In this document: positions 37,271 through 48,338 of the stretch, in pieces | Layout of the letters: each line of letters starts with the position of its first letter | Position numbering within the stretch: the first letter of the stretch is position 1 | Assembly (NCBI GenBank): GCA_934778215.1 | Contig: CAKVOE010000002.1 | Span: forward strand, 287,590 to 351,589 | Origin: an uncultured Clostridia bacterium | GTDB taxonomy: Bacteria; Bacillota; Clostridia; Christensenellales; UBA1242 | Reading direction: 5' to 3' | Length of the DNA: 64,000 nt | Notes under the pieces: generated by a model | The model's input: the letters and a program-made list of their open reading frames with translations, nothing else | What the model was told of the DNA's origin: nothing | Databases searched by the model: none | Program-made: the position numbers and the translations under genes

Positions 37271-38125
37271 ATGCCTACGCAAATAAATAATACCGCTACT
37301 GCAACTTATAGATATGGAGAAAGCGGAAGTGCGTCTGCAACCAGTAATGTTGCGTCTACATCGCTCTTGTCGCAATTTCAGTTAGAATCTACAAAAACGG
37401 CGTTGGTTCAAAATTATAGGCCGGGCGATAACATTCCTTACGTTGTGCAATTAAAAAACACGGGAACATCGCCACTTTATGCTGTTGCCATGAACGATAA
37501 TTTGGCAAATGGAGAGTTGACCTATGTGGCAAACAGTGCGAATCTGTTAAGAAACGGAACGCTTACGCCACTAACCCCACAGTCTACAAATCCGCTACAA
37601 GTAGAAGCGGTAGATGAGTTGGCTCCGGGAGAAGAGGTTTCGCTTCTTTATACCGCAAGGGTAAATCCTAATGTTTCATCTAGTACCGAAAGCATAACCA
37701 ATTTGGCAACTTTTAGTGCAAGTGTCAGTAGGGGTGGGGCACAAATTCCCGAAACCCCAACAAGCGAAGCGGAAATTACACCCGAAGACTACGCTTCGGT
37801 AGAAATGACCAAAACGGTTAGTTCTGAGCAGGTTACGGCAGGGGTTCCATTTGATTATGTAATTCAACTAGAAAACTCTGGCAATGCAGACGCAACGGGC
37901 GTTGTTATTACCGATGTTTTGCCAGATAACTTCACAATTAATTCTATAACCGCCCTAAGCGGAACAACTTCAACCACCTTTGAGCAAAGCGATTACACGG
38001 TGGAAAGTGCTACAAATACGCTCACGCTACCAAGTGCTTCTTCTAGCAAAACTATATCGGTACCAGCAAGAGGTTCAGGGTCGGTAAATACCACCACAAT
38101 AACTATAAACGGACAAATTGAATAA
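37271..38125 (+). CDS. DUF11 (conserved repeat domain) protein, two repeats, no signal peptide
   Basis: An AAGGAG RBS is present. Two repeats of the DUF11 pattern are seen: TKTA...PGDNIPYVVQLKNTGTSPLYAV and TKTVSSEQVTAGVPFDYVIQLENSGNADATGVVITDVLP. Confidence 0.6.
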   Translation: MPTQINNTATATYRYGESGSASATSNVASTSLLSQFQLESTKTALVQNYRPGDNIPYVVQLKNTGTSPLYAVAMNDNLANGELTYVANSANLLRNGTLTPLTPQSTNPLQVEAVDELAPGEEVSLLYTARVNPNVSSSTESITNLATFSASVSRGGAQIPETPTSEAEITPEDYASVEMTKTVSSEQVTAGVPFDYVIQLENSGNADATGVVITDVLPDNFTINSITALSGTTSTTFEQSDYTVESATNTLTLPSASSSKTISVPARGSGSVNTTTITINGQIE

Positions 38126-38226
38126 TTTTATTATAAACAAAAATTTATCAAAAAACCCACAATTAGTTTTGGAAAAGACACATTTTGTGATAAAATGACA
38201 ATGATTAAATTTTAAGGAATACACTT

Positions 38227-40491
38227 ATGGAAAAAGAAACCGAGCAATTTTTGTTAAGTTTAAATTCAAAATTTGGAGATTGGTATAAGGGCGAAGTAGA
38301 GTTGCCATCGCTAACAAAAACGCTTTACCCTTATAACAGTCTATTTTCGCCTATAAATATTAATGGCGTTTGCATAAAAAACCGAATTGTTATGGGGCCT
38401 ATGGGAAACATAAATATGTGTGACGAAACGGGTCGCCCAAACCAAAAGATGATTTCTTATTTTGAAGAGCGTGCATCGGGTGGGGCAGGGCTTATAACTA
38501 CGGGGCTAATACCAGTTTCGCACAAAATAGACCCTACGGTAACCGAAAAAGATGGTTTAACCTATTTCCCTCGAATAGATAGGTCAAGAACGGTGCTTGC
38601 AGGGTGGCGAGATGTAGCGTACGCTTGCCACAATCATAATGCAAAGTTATTTATTCAACTAACGGCGGGGCTAGGAAGAGTAGGTAGTCCTGAGTGTTTG
38701 GCAAAGTCTTTAAAGTTTCCCGTTAGTGCGTCAACCAATCCAAACTTTTATATATCACAAATACCATCGTTAAGATTGAGCGACTGCAAAATAAATAAAA
38801 TTATCAAAAATATGGCGCAGGCTAGTGTAGATGCAAAAGCGTGCGGTATTGATGGCGTCTATCTTCATGGGCATGAGGGTTATTTGATGGAGCAACTTTC
38901 AAATAGGGCGTTTAACAGAAGAAAGGTTGGCGAGTTTAGAAATTGGCAGGCTTTTGGCTTAAAGACGGTAAAAGCGATAAGAAAGCGTGTGGGCGAGCAA
39001 TATCCAATAATGTACCGAATAGATTTGTCTTTGGCTCTTGGTGCTACCTACGGGTCAAGGCTAGATTCCGAAAAGGCATTAAAAAAATTCAAAAATGAAA
39101 GGCGTATAACCGAAACGCTTGAATATATGCAAAATCTTGTAAAAGCAGGAGTAGATGCCTTTGATGTCGACCTTGGGTGTTACGACAACTGGTGGCTCCC
39201 ACACCCACCAGCATCTATGCCGGCAGGTTGTTTTTTGGACGTATCAAGATTGGTCAAAAACTTCTTTGATGACAACAATATTAGGTCTAACAGTGGCAAA
39301 GATGTTCCCGTTGTGGCAGTCGGAAAACTGGGTTACCCCGATGTAGCCGAAAAGGCGTTGCAAGACGGGTGGTGTGACATGGTAATGCTTGCAAGACCTC
39401 TTCTTGCAGACCCACAGTGGCCGAATAAGGCTTTTGCAGGCGAAACGGAAGAAATAACTCCTTGCATAGGTTGTCATGAAGGTTGCATAAATGAATTTGT
39501 AAATGGGGGGCACCCACAATGTGCGGTAAACCCACGATGCGGGTTTGAGGACCAGTTAAAGGAAGAAATTTTACCCGCTCCAAAAGTTAAAAATTGTTTG
39601 GTTATTGGTGCAGGCCCTAGCGGAATAACCGCAAGCGAAGTTCTAATTAAAAGGGGTCATAAAGTCACCTTAATAGATAAGCAAAAAAAGGTTGCTAGCA
39701 CGCTAGAAATTGCTGGCAAACCAAGGTTTAAATTTGAAATATTAAACTACAAAAAGTATCTAGAAAACAAGGTCGCTAATTTAAAGAAAAACCCTAACTT
39801 TACACTAAAACTTAATACCGAGGCAAAGGTTGCGGACATAACGGGTAAATATGATTGCATAATGGTTGCAACGGGTTCACGAATGGTAAGACCGGGGCTA
39901 GAAGATAAAGAGCTTACAAAAATGGTTTCGGTAGAAGAAGTGCTAAAAAAGCCAGAAATACTAAAAGACGCCACCGATGTTGTTGTGTTAGGTGGAGGCG
40001 AAAGCGGGTGTGAACTTGCATTATACATTAAAGGCGAGTTAAATGTAGATGTAACCGTGGTAGAAGCAGGCAAATACCTAATGGCTACCGCTTGCACCGC
40101 AAACAGAGGCCATATTTTACACTATATGCAAGAGGAAGGCGTGGTTGTTCATAATTGCTCAAAATTAAAATGTATAAACGATGACGGAACAATTTCGGTG
40201 TACAAAAATATTGACGATTCTGTTCCAAACCCATACAATACATGGACTCCGGTGTTGCCAGAAAGTGTAAAAAATCCTTTCGAAAAGCCTGTAAAAGAAA
40301 AACTAGAAACAATACGAGTAGATGCCGACTTTTTAATTTACGCTTATGGGTCTGTTCCTAATGTAGAACTATATAACGAACTTATAAAAGACCATTCGGC
40401 AAAAGAAATTTATAATATTGGCGACAGTATCCGCCCAGGAAAAATATTCCAAGCGGTAAAAAGCGCCTACAATAAAGCCCTAAAAGTTTAA
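38227..40491 (+). CDS. Second OYE / 2,4-dienoyl-CoA-reductase-like flavoenzyme with an FAD/NAD(P) domain
   Basis: The OYE core reads IKNRIVMGPMG. The Cys cluster is CIGCHEGCINEF, and the dinucleotide folds are LVIGAGPSGITA and VVVLGGGESGCE. It carries an N-terminal extension of about 45 aa relative to the 14141-16189 paralogue. Confidence 0.8.
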   Translation: MEKETEQFLLSLNSKFGDWYKGEVELPSLTKTLYPYNSLFSPININGVCIKNRIVMGPMGNINMCDETGRPNQKMISYFEERASGGAGLITTGLIPVSHKIDPTVTEKDGLTYFPRIDRSRTVLAGWRDVAYACHNHNAKLFIQLTAGLGRVGSPECLAKSLKFPVSASTNPNFYISQIPSLRLSDCKINKIIKNMAQASVDAKACGIDGVYLHGHEGYLMEQLSNRAFNRRKVGEFRNWQAFGLKTVKAIRKRVGEQYPIMYRIDLSLALGATYGSRLDSEKALKKFKNERRITETLEYMQNLVKAGVDAFDVDLGCYDNWWLPHPPASMPAGCFLDVSRLVKNFFDDNNIRSNSGKDVPVVAVGKLGYPDVAEKALQDGWCDMVMLARPLLADPQWPNKAFAGETEEITPCIGCHEGCINEFVNGGHPQCAVNPRCGFEDQLKEEILPAPKVKNCLVIGAGPSGITASEVLIKRGHKVTLIDKQKKVASTLEIAGKPRFKFEILNYKKYLENKVANLKKNPNFTLKLNTEAKVADITGKYDCIMVATGSRMVRPGLEDKELTKMVSVEEVLKKPEILKDATDVVVLGGGESGCELALYIKGELNVDVTVVEAGKYLMATACTANRGHILHYMQEEGVVVHNCSKLKCINDDGTISVYKNIDDSVPNPYNTWTPVLPESVKNPFEKPVKEKLETIRVDADFLIYAYGSVPNVELYNELIKDHSAKEIYNIGDSIRPGKIFQAVKSAYNKALKV

Positions 40492-40575
40492 TATGCAATG
40501 GCTTATAAATAAAAATTTACATAAAAAATATCCGCCAAAGGAGCAACTCCATTAGCGGATATTTATTTTTAATTA

Positions 40576-41421
40576 TTAAAAGTCTTTTAAAATTTCTGAT
40601 CGTTTTGCTTCGTATTCTTCTTTTGTCAATAAATCCTTTTCGTAAAGGGCTTTTAAGTTTGCAAGTTTTTCTTCTGCACTTTCTTGTTTTTTAATAGGTT
40701 CAACCGCTTTTTGATCGCCTTTGTTGTAGTGGTCGTTTGCAAGGTTAACAACTCTTTTTGCTTCAATTCGCTTAACAACGGCACCAGCAAGTGCAACATA
40801 ACAAACACATAAAATAAATGGTACATATAGCACTTTGTTTGCAAGGGTGTCAATGCTGTCGCTAATTGCAAACGAGCCGTCAGAAATTGTAAAACAGCAA
40901 ACAAAGAAAGTTACATAAAAGTCAACAAATGCGTGGCTGGCATACATAATAGCCTGTACAGGAATATATGACTTTTGGTATTTTACAATGGTTGAAGCAA
41001 TGGTAGAAGCCGTTACAAATTGTATAGAAATTATTGCGCAAGCCTTAAAGAATCTTAACATTCCTTCTAATCGTTTTGTGTTTAGGTCGGTATCATTTGT
41101 TACGCTGTCTTTGCCCATTAGGTAAAGTTGTTGAAATTCAAACACGCAGATAACCCACAAAATACAGCAGGCAATAATTAAGCCAATAAATACCCAACTC
41201 AAAACCTTAAATTCGTTACGCTCAATGCGTCTAACCCAAGGCGATGCAAGCAAACAGCACCCGCAAATAACACCAATAACGCCAGCGGTAACAAATAGCC
41301 CAGATGACAGTGTAAGTACGCCGGTAAAGCCCAAAACCAAAATGCCAACAACAACAAACACACCAACAATAGCAATGGTTTGCACCAATTTATAAATGTT
41401 GTCAATTTTTTGTTTTTCCAT
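40576..41421 (-). CDS. Polytopic membrane protein with a C-terminal SHOCT domain
   Basis: The C-terminus EEKLANLKALYEKDLLTKEEYEAKRSEILKDF is a SHOCT-type motif. I prefer the ATG at 41421, 8 nt after AGGAG. Confidence 0.55.
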   Translation of the reverse strand: MEKQKIDNIYKLVQTIAIVGVFVVVGILVLGFTGVLTLSSGLFVTAGVIGVICGCCLLASPWVRRIERNEFKVLSWVFIGLIIACCILWVICVFEFQQLYLMGKDSVTNDTDLNTKRLEGMLRFFKACAIISIQFVTASTIASTIVKYQKSYIPVQAIMYASHAFVDFYVTFFVCCFTISDGSFAISDSIDTLANKVLYVPFILCVCYVALAGAVVKRIEAKRVVNLANDHYNKGDQKAVEPIKKQESAEEKLANLKALYEKDLLTKEEYEAKRSEILKDF

Positions 41422-41552
41422 AAACATTTCTCCTAAAATAGTTTCATATTTTTTACAAAAAACTTAATATGTAGATGTATTATACCTTAAAATGTACGAC
41501 TTTCGCAACAAAATAATAACTATGTTTAGAATAAATTTCACATTTTCTTTAT

Positions 41553-41580
41553 AAAAAATAAGCGAGAGGGTATCTCTCGC
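41553..41580 (-). terminator. Rho-independent terminator
   Basis: The stem GCGAGAG / CTCTCGC is followed on the minus strand by TTATTTTTT, 20 nt after the small-ORF stop. Confidence 0.55.
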
Positions 41581-41599
41581 CTATTTTAGGTTAAATAAA

Positions 41600-41743
41600 T
41601 TATTCCTTTGTAAATTCGTTGTTAGCACAAGATGGACATGGTGGCATTTTGTCATGTTTTCCAAGGTCTACATGAGTACCGCAGTTGGTACAACTGTAAG
41701 TTCCGTATCCTGGCTTTTCACCTGTTTTTACAATTTTGCTCAT
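41600..41743 (-). CDS. 47-aa CxxC...CPxC zinc-ribbon protein (below the ORF-track size cutoff)
   Basis: My translation is MSKIVKTGEKPGYGTYSCTNCGTHVDLGKHDKMPPCPSCANNEFTKE. A GGAGG RBS sits 8 nt upstream and the gene has its own terminator. Confidence 0.6.
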   Translation of the reverse strand: MSKIVKTGEKPGYGTYSCTNCGTHVDLGKHDKMPPCPSCANNEFTKE

Positions 41744-41916
41744 AATTTACCTCCAAATTTTCTAGAGCCATTGATTAATCCGCGGACGAATAATCAACCG
41801 CTAATAATAGTTTGTAAAGTTTCAATCAAAATATGTATGGGCTCAAAAAGTTCTTTTGGTTCGGTTAAAATGCACAAAATTCACAAAAAAAATTTATCAA
41901 AAAGCCCCAAAAGATA

Positions 41917-41945
41917 TTGACAAGGTTTAAGCCGTATGCTACAAT
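41917..41945 (+). promoter_or_regulatory. str operon promoter
   Basis: TTGACA, 17 nt spacer, TACAAT, followed by a leader of about 160 nt before rpsL. Confidence 0.6.
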
Positions 41946-42105
41946 ATTGCACAAAGCGTGGTGTTGCCATGCTTTAATATATTGAAAAAATTATATTTAA
42001 ACTGGTGTGCGTTTATATTAGTTTTTTGCAATATTAATTGAATCCTCTAATGGGTTGAACAGAGAATTCAGCACTTTTAACTTATTAATTAGGAGGTAGA
42101 AGTTA

Positions 42106-42477
42106 ATGCCAACCACCCAACAGTTGATTAGACATGGCAGAGAAAAACAAACAGTTAAGCCAAAAAGTCCAATCCTAGAAAAGAATCCACAAAAGCGTGG
42201 GGTTTGCTTATCTGTAACTACAACATCTCCAAAGAAGCCAAACTCAGCATTAAGAAAAATTGCCAGAGTAAGACTATCTAACAAGATGGAAGGTACAGTA
42301 TATATCCCAGGCATAGGTCACAACTTGCAGGAGCACTCTGTAGTTTTGATTCGTGGGGGTAGAGTTAAGGATCTTCCTGGTGTTCGTTATCACATCGTTC
42401 GTGGTACACTTGATACAGCAGGGGTTAAAGATCGTAAGCAAGCCAGAAGTAAGTATGGCGCAAAAAGACCTAAATAA
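42106..42477 (+). CDS. rpsL: 30S ribosomal protein S12
   Basis: [14 protein letters not shown]...[10 protein letters not shown]...[18 protein letters not shown]. Confidence 0.97.
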   Translation: MPTTQQLIRHGREKQTVKPKSPILEKNPQKRGVCLSVTTTSPKKPNSALRKIARVRLSNKMEGTVYIPGIGHNLQEHSVVLIRGGRVKDLPGVRYHIVRGTLDTAGVKDRKQARSKYGAKRPK

Positions 42478-42525
42478 TGTAGGTTGAATTCTAAATCAAT
42501 TCCAAAATATTAAAGGAGGAAAATC

Positions 42526-42996
42526 ATGTCAAGAAGAAGTCAAGCAGCAGTAAGAGAAGTTTTACCAGATCCAATTTACAACTCAACCGTTGTAACAAAA
42601 CTAATTAACCAAATTATGTATGATGGTAAAAGAGAAACTGCTCAGCGTATAGTTTATGGTGCATTTGACACTATTAAAGAAAAGATGAACCAAGACCCAA
42701 TGGAAGTGTTTACAAAAGCACTAGAAAATGTTAAGCCAGTATTAGAAGTAAAGGCAAGACGTGTTGGTGGTGGTACATACCAAGTTCCAATTGAAGTTAG
42801 ACCTGCTCGTCGTCAAACTTTGGCAATAAGATGGCTTGTAAATGCTACAAGAGCAAGAAACGAAAAGGGAACAGATGCTAAACTTGCAGCAGAAATTATA
42901 GATGCATACAACCAAAGCGGTGGTGCCTTCAAAAAGAAGGAAGAAGTTCATCGTATGGCAGAAGCAAACAAGGCATTTGCATCTTACCGTTGGTAA
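42526..42996 (+). CDS. rpsG: 30S ribosomal protein S7
   Basis: [18 protein letters not shown]...[19 protein letters not shown]...AFASYRW. Confidence 0.97.
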   Translation: MSRRSQAAVREVLPDPIYNSTVVTKLINQIMYDGKRETAQRIVYGAFDTIKEKMNQDPMEVFTKALENVKPVLEVKARRVGGGTYQVPIEVRPARRQTLAIRWLVNATRARNEKGTDAKLAAEIIDAYNQSGGAFKKKEEVHRMAEANKAFASYRW

Positions 42997-43061
42997 GAGT
43001 ATATCTTTGTTTGAAATTGGTGCAACAATTAAACAAAATTACGCAATTTATGTAAAATCGT

Positions 43062-43090
43062 TTGCATTTTTATAACTGATTTAATATAAT
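43062..43090 (+). promoter_or_regulatory. Possible internal promoter in the rpsG-fusA spacer
   Basis: TTGCAT, 17 nt spacer, TATAAT, inside a 183-nt intergenic spacer. Confidence 0.4.
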
Positions 43091-43179
43091 TTGTGTGTTA
43101 GCAATGTTTTTTGCTAATAATTGTCTTTATATTGGCAACAATTTAGGGGCAAACGAAACTATTTAGGAGAATTATATTA

Positions 43180-45252
43180 ATGGCTAGAGATATCGCTTTA
43201 GACAAAATTAGAAATATCGGTATTATGGCGCATATTGATGCTGGTAAAACAACCACATCTGAGCGTATATTGTTCTATACCGGTAAAACACATAAGATTG
43301 GCGAAGTTCATGATGGTCAAGCAACCATGGACTGGATGGCACAAGAACAAGAACGTGGTATTACCATTACCTCTGCTGCTACCACCTGCGTGTGGAAGAA
43401 TCATAAGATTAACCTTATTGATACCCCAGGTCACGTAGACTTTACCGTAGAAGTAGAAAGAAGTTTAAAGGTTCTAGATGCTGCAATCGAACTTTTCTGC
43501 GGTCGTGCAGGTGTTCAGTCACAATCTGAAACTGTATGGCGTCAAGCAAATAAGTATGGCGTTCCAAGAATTGCATTTGTAAATAAAATGGATAGAGATG
43601 GTGCCGACTTTTTAAATGTCGTTAATCAAATGAACGAAATGCTAAAAGCCAATGCTGTTCCTATTCAACTACCAATTGGTAGTGCCGATACATTTAAGGG
43701 TATAGTAGACCTAGTAGAAATGAAAGCCATCGTTTATGAAGACGAAGAAGGCAAAGTAATGGATTCGGTAGAAATCCCTGCCGATATGGTTGATGAATGT
43801 AATGCATGGAGAGCAAAATTAATAGAAGCAGTTGCAGAACAAGATGACGCTCTATTAGAAAAATATTTTAATGGCGAAGAGCTTACCGTACCAGAAATTA
43901 AGTCTGGTATAAGAAAGGGTGTATTAAGCCTTTCTATGACACCAGTACTTTGCGGTTCAGCACTTTCAAACAAGGGTGTTCAACCACTACTTGATGCCGT
44001 TATAGATTATTTCCCAAGCCCAATCGATATTCCACCTGTAAAAGGACACAATATGGACGGTACTGAGGCTGAAAGACCTGCAAGTGATGATGCTCCACTA
44101 TCAGGACTTGCATTTAAGATTGCAAAAGACCAATTTGGTACATTAACATTCTTTAGAGTATATAGTGGTAAATTAACCGCTGGTTCTTATGTATATAACT
44201 CTACCAAAGACAAAAAAGAAAGAATTGGTAGAATTGTAAGAATGCACGCTAACAAGAGAACGGAAGAAGAAGAAGTTTATGCTGGTGATATAGTTGCTAT
44301 CGTTGGCTTAAAGGATACCACCACAGGTGATACCCTTTGTGACGAAAAGGCTCCAATCATTCTAGAAAAGATGGACTTCCCAGAACCAGTTATTAGTGTT
44401 GCGGTAGAACCAAAAACAAAGGGCGACCAGGAAAAGATGGGTATAGCCCTACAAAAGTTAGCAGAAGAAGACCCTTCATTTAGACGTGCAACAGACGAAG
44501 AAACGGGACAAACTATCATATCAGGTATGGGTGAATTGCACCTAGACATTATTGTAGATAGAATGAAGCGTGAATATGGCGTAGAATGTAACGTGGGTGC
44601 TCCACAAGTAGCATACCGTGAAACAATCAAAAAGCCAGTTCGTGTAGAAGGCAAGTTTATCCGTCAAAGTGGTGGTAAAGGTCAATACGGACATTGCGTA
44701 ATTGAAATGAGCCCATTAGAACCAGGAACTGGTTACCAATTTGAAGATAAGATTGTTGGTGGTGCTATTCCAAAAGAATACATTCCAGCAGTAGATAAGG
44801 GTATTCAAGAAGCAAAGCTAAGCGGTGTTTTGGCTGGCTACGATACAGTAGACTTTAAGGTTTCACTTGTAGATGGTAGTTACCATGATGTCGACTCATC
44901 AGAAATGGCGTTTAAGATTGCCGGTAGTATGGCATTTAAAGAAGGCGCCCAAAAAGCAGACCCTGTTCTACTTGAACCAATTATGAAAGTAGAAATAGAA
45001 GTTCCTGACCAATATTTAGGTGATGTTATGGGAGACGTTTCAAGAAGACGTGGTAACCTTCAAGGCACAAGCATGAAAGGTTCATCTCAAATCATCAGAG
45101 CGGAAATTCCTATGAGCGAAATGTTTGGTTACGCAACTGACCTTCGTTCTAATACACAAGGTCGTGGTTCTTTCTCTATGGAACTAAGCCATTATGCCGA
45201 AGTTCCAAGAAATGTTGCCGAAAAAATTATTGGCGACAGAAAGAAAAATTAA
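43180..45252 (+). CDS. fusA: Elongation factor G
   Basis: [24 protein letters not shown] and NKMD are present, with full-length domains I-V. Confidence 0.97.
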   Translation: MARDIALDKIRNIGIMAHIDAGKTTTSERILFYTGKTHKIGEVHDGQATMDWMAQEQERGITITSAATTCVWKNHKINLIDTPGHVDFTVEVERSLKVLDAAIELFCGRAGVQSQSETVWRQANKYGVPRIAFVNKMDRDGADFLNVVNQMNEMLKANAVPIQLPIGSADTFKGIVDLVEMKAIVYEDEEGKVMDSVEIPADMVDECNAWRAKLIEAVAEQDDALLEKYFNGEELTVPEIKSGIRKGVLSLSMTPVLCGSALSNKGVQPLLDAVIDYFPSPIDIPPVKGHNMDGTEAERPASDDAPLSGLAFKIAKDQFGTLTFFRVYSGKLTAGSYVYNSTKDKKERIGRIVRMHANKRTEEEEVYAGDIVAIVGLKDTTTGDTLCDEKAPIILEKMDFPEPVISVAVEPKTKGDQEKMGIALQKLAEEDPSFRRATDEETGQTIISGMGELHLDIIVDRMKREYGVECNVGAPQVAYRETIKKPVRVEGKFIRQSGGKGQYGHCVIEMSPLEPGTGYQFEDKIVGGAIPKEYIPAVDKGIQEAKLSGVLAGYDTVDFKVSLVDGSYHDVDSSEMAFKIAGSMAFKEGAQKADPVLLEPIMKVEIEVPDQYLGDVMGDVSRRRGNLQGTSMKGSSQIIRAEIPMSEMFGYATDLRSNTQGRGSFSMELSHYAEVPRNVAEKIIGDRKKN

Positions 45253-45312
45253 TTTATTTTAGTTTATATTAAAAATTAATATAATAAAAACAATAGAAAG
45301 GAGATTTTAAAT

Positions 45313-46521
45313 ATGGCAAAAGCTAAATATGACAGCAAAAAGCCTCACGTTAACGTTGGTACAATCGGCCACGTTGACCACGGCAAAACTACCTTAACTG
45401 CTGCTATCACCATTGTACAAAACCACTTTTTCCCAGGTGCTGGCGAAGCTAAGGACTATGACCAAATTGACTCTACACCAGAAGAACGTCAAAGAGGTAT
45501 TACAATTAACACTGCACACGTAGAATACGAAACTGCAAATCGTCACTACGCACACGTAGACTGCCCAGGACACGCAGACTATGTTAAGAACATGATTACT
45601 GGTGCGGCTCAAATGGACGGTGCTATTCTTGTAGTAGCAGCATCTGATGGTCCTATGCCACAAACTCGTGAACATATCCTACTTGCTCGTCAGGTTGGTG
45701 TTCCAAGAATCGTTGTATTTATGAACAAGTGTGACCAAGTAGACGATCCAGAACTACTTGATTTAGTAGAAATGGAAATCAGAGAAATTCTTAACCAATA
45801 CAATTTCCCAGGCGATGATACTCCAATCATTCGTGGTTCAGCACTAAATGCTCTAGAAGCTGCAAAGGCTGGAAAGTGGGACGATCCTGCAATTACTCCA
45901 ATTAAAGAACTTATGGACGCAGTAGATACCTTTATTCCAGAACCAGCTCGTGATAAGGACAAGCCTTTCCTAATGCCAATTGAAGACGTATTCACAATCA
46001 CTGGTCGTGGTACTGTTGCAACTGGTAAGGTAGAAAGAGGTGTTCTAAGAATGAACGACCCAGTTGAAATCGTTGGTATCCGTGAAACACAACAAACCGT
46101 TGTTACCGGTATCGAAATGTTCAGAAAACTACTAGACGAAGCTCTAGCAGGTTATAACGTAGGTGTATTACTTCGTGGTATCCAAAGAACTGATATCGAA
46201 AGAGGTCAAGTACTTTGCAAACCAGGTTCAATTAACCCACATACCGAATTCACTGGTCAAGTATACGTACTAACCAAGGAAGAAGGTGGTCGTCATACTC
46301 CATTCTTCAACAACTATCGTCCACAATTCTATTTCAGAACAACTGATGTTACAGGTTCAGTAGAACTTCCAGCAGGTGTAGAAATGGTTATGCCAGGCGA
46401 TAACGTAACAATGGACGTTAAGCTAATCACCCCAATCGCTATCGAAGAAGGACTTCGTTTCGCTATCCGTGAAGGTGGCAGAACAGTAGGTTCAGGCGTA
46501 GTTTCTAAGATTATTAAGTAA
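45313..46521 (+). CDS. tuf: Elongation factor Tu
   Basis: [18 protein letters not shown] and NKCD are present, with full-length EF-Tu. Confidence 0.97.
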   Translation: MAKAKYDSKKPHVNVGTIGHVDHGKTTLTAAITIVQNHFFPGAGEAKDYDQIDSTPEERQRGITINTAHVEYETANRHYAHVDCPGHADYVKNMITGAAQMDGAILVVAASDGPMPQTREHILLARQVGVPRIVVFMNKCDQVDDPELLDLVEMEIREILNQYNFPGDDTPIIRGSALNALEAAKAGKWDDPAITPIKELMDAVDTFIPEPARDKDKPFLMPIEDVFTITGRGTVATGKVERGVLRMNDPVEIVGIRETQQTVVTGIEMFRKLLDEALAGYNVGVLLRGIQRTDIERGQVLCKPGSINPHTEFTGQVYVLTKEEGGRHTPFFNNYRPQFYFRTTDVTGSVELPAGVEMVMPGDNVTMDVKLITPIAIEEGLRFAIREGGRTVGSGVVSKIIK

Positions 46522-46545
46522 TTAACGCTTAAAATTTATACGAAG

Positions 46546-46572
46546 AAGGCTCCCATTTGGGAGTCTTTTTTT
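46546..46572 (+). terminator. Rho-independent terminator after tuf
   Basis: The stem AAGGCTCCCA / TGGGAGTCTT is followed by a T-run. Confidence 0.6.
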
Positions 46573-46768
46573 GTTGCAAAAAAACAACGGGTTTGACCCA
46601 TGGATTTTTTGTATAATAAAACAACACCCACAAATAACTGTGGGTGTTTTGGTTATTTATAATTTTTTATTAACTTTTTGTTGTGGAGCCAATAAATTAA
46701 TTAATCTACAAAAATTAGATAGTCAATAGTGTTTTGCGGTGTAGATTAATTGTTTGGAAAGAGTTAAA

Positions 46769-47470
46769 CTACTTTACTAACAAATATTTTTCTAAATTAA
46801 AAAGGTTCCACATTTTTGCTTGTTCGGGTGGGTAGCAAATAAAACGCAGATGGTCTTTTGTAACAGGGTGGTCAAAGGTAAGTTGCACGGCGTAAAGATT
46901 TAAAAGTCCTGTTTTGGCAGATTTACCGCCATATTTTACATCTCCATAAATTGGGGTGCCAAGAGATTTCATTTGAACTCTTGCTTGATGACTTCTGCCG
47001 GTAATCAAATTAATTTGCACCAAACTATAACCATCTTCTTCTTCCAAAACTTCATAGTCAAGTTCTGCACGCTTTGCACCAATTGTGCTTTGGGGAACAA
47101 TTTCTACCATATTGTTCTTTTCGTCTTTTTTTAGGTAATGCACAAGATGTCCTTTTTTTGTTTTAGGAGAGCCAACAACAACGGCAAAATAGGTTTTGTG
47201 TACATCGTCTGTTTTAAATTGCTCACTAAGTCTGCTGGCGGACTTGCTGGTTTTTGCAAAAACCATTACGCCCCCGGTAGGTCTATCTAATCTATGCACC
47301 AGCCCGCAATAGACATTGCCGGGTTTGTTGTACTTTTCTTTTATATATGCCTTTACCATATCTAGCATATTTTCATCGCCCGATGAATCGCCTTGACTTG
47401 GTATATTCTGTGGCTTTTCTACGACAATAATTTGATTGTCTTCAAATAAAATATTAAAATTGTTTTCCAT
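46769..47470 (-). CDS. RluA-family pseudouridine synthase (no S4 domain)
   Basis: The catalytic motif HRLDRPTGGVMVFAKT and the GRSHQARVQM motif are present. Confidence 0.85.
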   Translation of the reverse strand: MENNFNILFEDNQIIVVEKPQNIPSQGDSSGDENMLDMVKAYIKEKYNKPGNVYCGLVHRLDRPTGGVMVFAKTSKSASRLSEQFKTDDVHKTYFAVVVGSPKTKKGHLVHYLKKDEKNNMVEIVPQSTIGAKRAELDYEVLEEEDGYSLVQINLITGRSHQARVQMKSLGTPIYGDVKYGGKSAKTGLLNLYAVQLTFDHPVTKDHLRFICYPPEQAKMWNLFNLEKYLLVK

Positions 47471-47473
47471 TTG

Positions 47474-48325
47474 TTATTCTCCTATAAAAACCGAACTGTT
47501 TCCGCAAGGAAGGATTAAATTATCTTTGCAAGGAAGTCCAACTTCGTAACTTTCATATCTACCTTTTTTATTTTGCAAAGCAACTCTCAAAACATTTTCC
47601 ATGGCGGTTGCACCAAGTCCGGTAGTGTAACTGTTTATAAGCACAAACAACGGCTTGTCGCTAAGCACCTTTTCACAAAGTTTAACAAAGTCTGCAATAT
47701 TATCTTCAAGTTTCCAAACTTCGCCATTTGTACCACGCCCATAACTAGGTGGGTCCATAATAATAGCATCGTATTTTTTGCCTCGCCTAATTTCACGCTC
47801 TACAAATTTAAAGCAGTCATCTACAATATATCTAATTGTAGCACCTTCAAGCCCAGACAGGTTTGCATTTTGTTTGCAACGCTCTACCATATTTTTTGCA
47901 CTGTCTACATGGGTAACGCTTGCTCCGGCACTGGCACAAGCAACAGTTGCTCCACCTGTGTAGGCAAATAGGTTTAGTACACTTATAGGGCGATGTGCGT
48001 TTTTTATAAGGTCAATCATCATTGCCCAATTTACAGCCTGTTCGGGGAACAGTCCGGTGTGCTTAAAGCCCATTGGTTTAACCAAAAATTTTAAATTTCG
48101 CCAGCCAATTTGCCACTCTGCGGGAATTTTATTAAGATATTTCCACTCGCCTCCGCCAGAGTTGGAGCGGTGGTAGTGTGCGTCCGCTTTTTTTTCGGAA
48201 ATTTCATCGCCCCATATAACTTGTGGGTCGGGTCTTAAAAGGGTAACTTTTCCCCAGCGTTCTAGTTTTTCGCCCTTGCCTGTACGCAAAACTTCAAAGT
48301 CCGTCCACTCACTATTGTATTTCAT
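47474..48325 (-). CDS. Class I SAM-dependent (RlmI/RlmK-type) RNA methyltransferase
   Basis: NLFAYTGGATVACASAGA is SAM motif I, and IMDPPSYGRG is also present. I prefer the ATG at 48325 after GGAG; the ORF-track start is 48337. Confidence 0.7.
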   Translation of the reverse strand: MKYNSEWTDFEVLRTGKGEKLERWGKVTLLRPDPQVIWGDEISEKKADAHYHRSNSGGGEWKYLNKIPAEWQIGWRNLKFLVKPMGFKHTGLFPEQAVNWAMMIDLIKNAHRPISVLNLFAYTGGATVACASAGASVTHVDSAKNMVERCKQNANLSGLEGATIRYIVDDCFKFVEREIRRGKKYDAIIMDPPSYGRGTNGEVWKLEDNIADFVKLCEKVLSDKPLFVLINSYTTGLGATAMENVLRVALQNKKGRYESYEVGLPCKDNLILPCGNSSVFIGE

Positions 48326-48338
48326 TTTTTTCTCCATT

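Noticed and set aside
41654-41920. 88-aa plus-strand ORF
   Set aside because: It is antisense to the well-signalled 47-aa zinc-ribbon gene and runs into the -35 box of the str promoter. It has no RBS.
42018-42314. 98-aa minus-strand ORF
   Set aside because: It is antisense to rpsL and its leader, which is a typical shadow ORF.
46600-46760. TATAAT-like box followed by the hairpin ACACCCACA...TGTGGGTGT, and a second long hairpin ATTAATCTACA...TGTAGATTAAT, considered as a small RNA
   Set aside because: The -35 spacing is poor. The hairpins are more simply explained as terminators for the convergent tuf and rluA-like genes.
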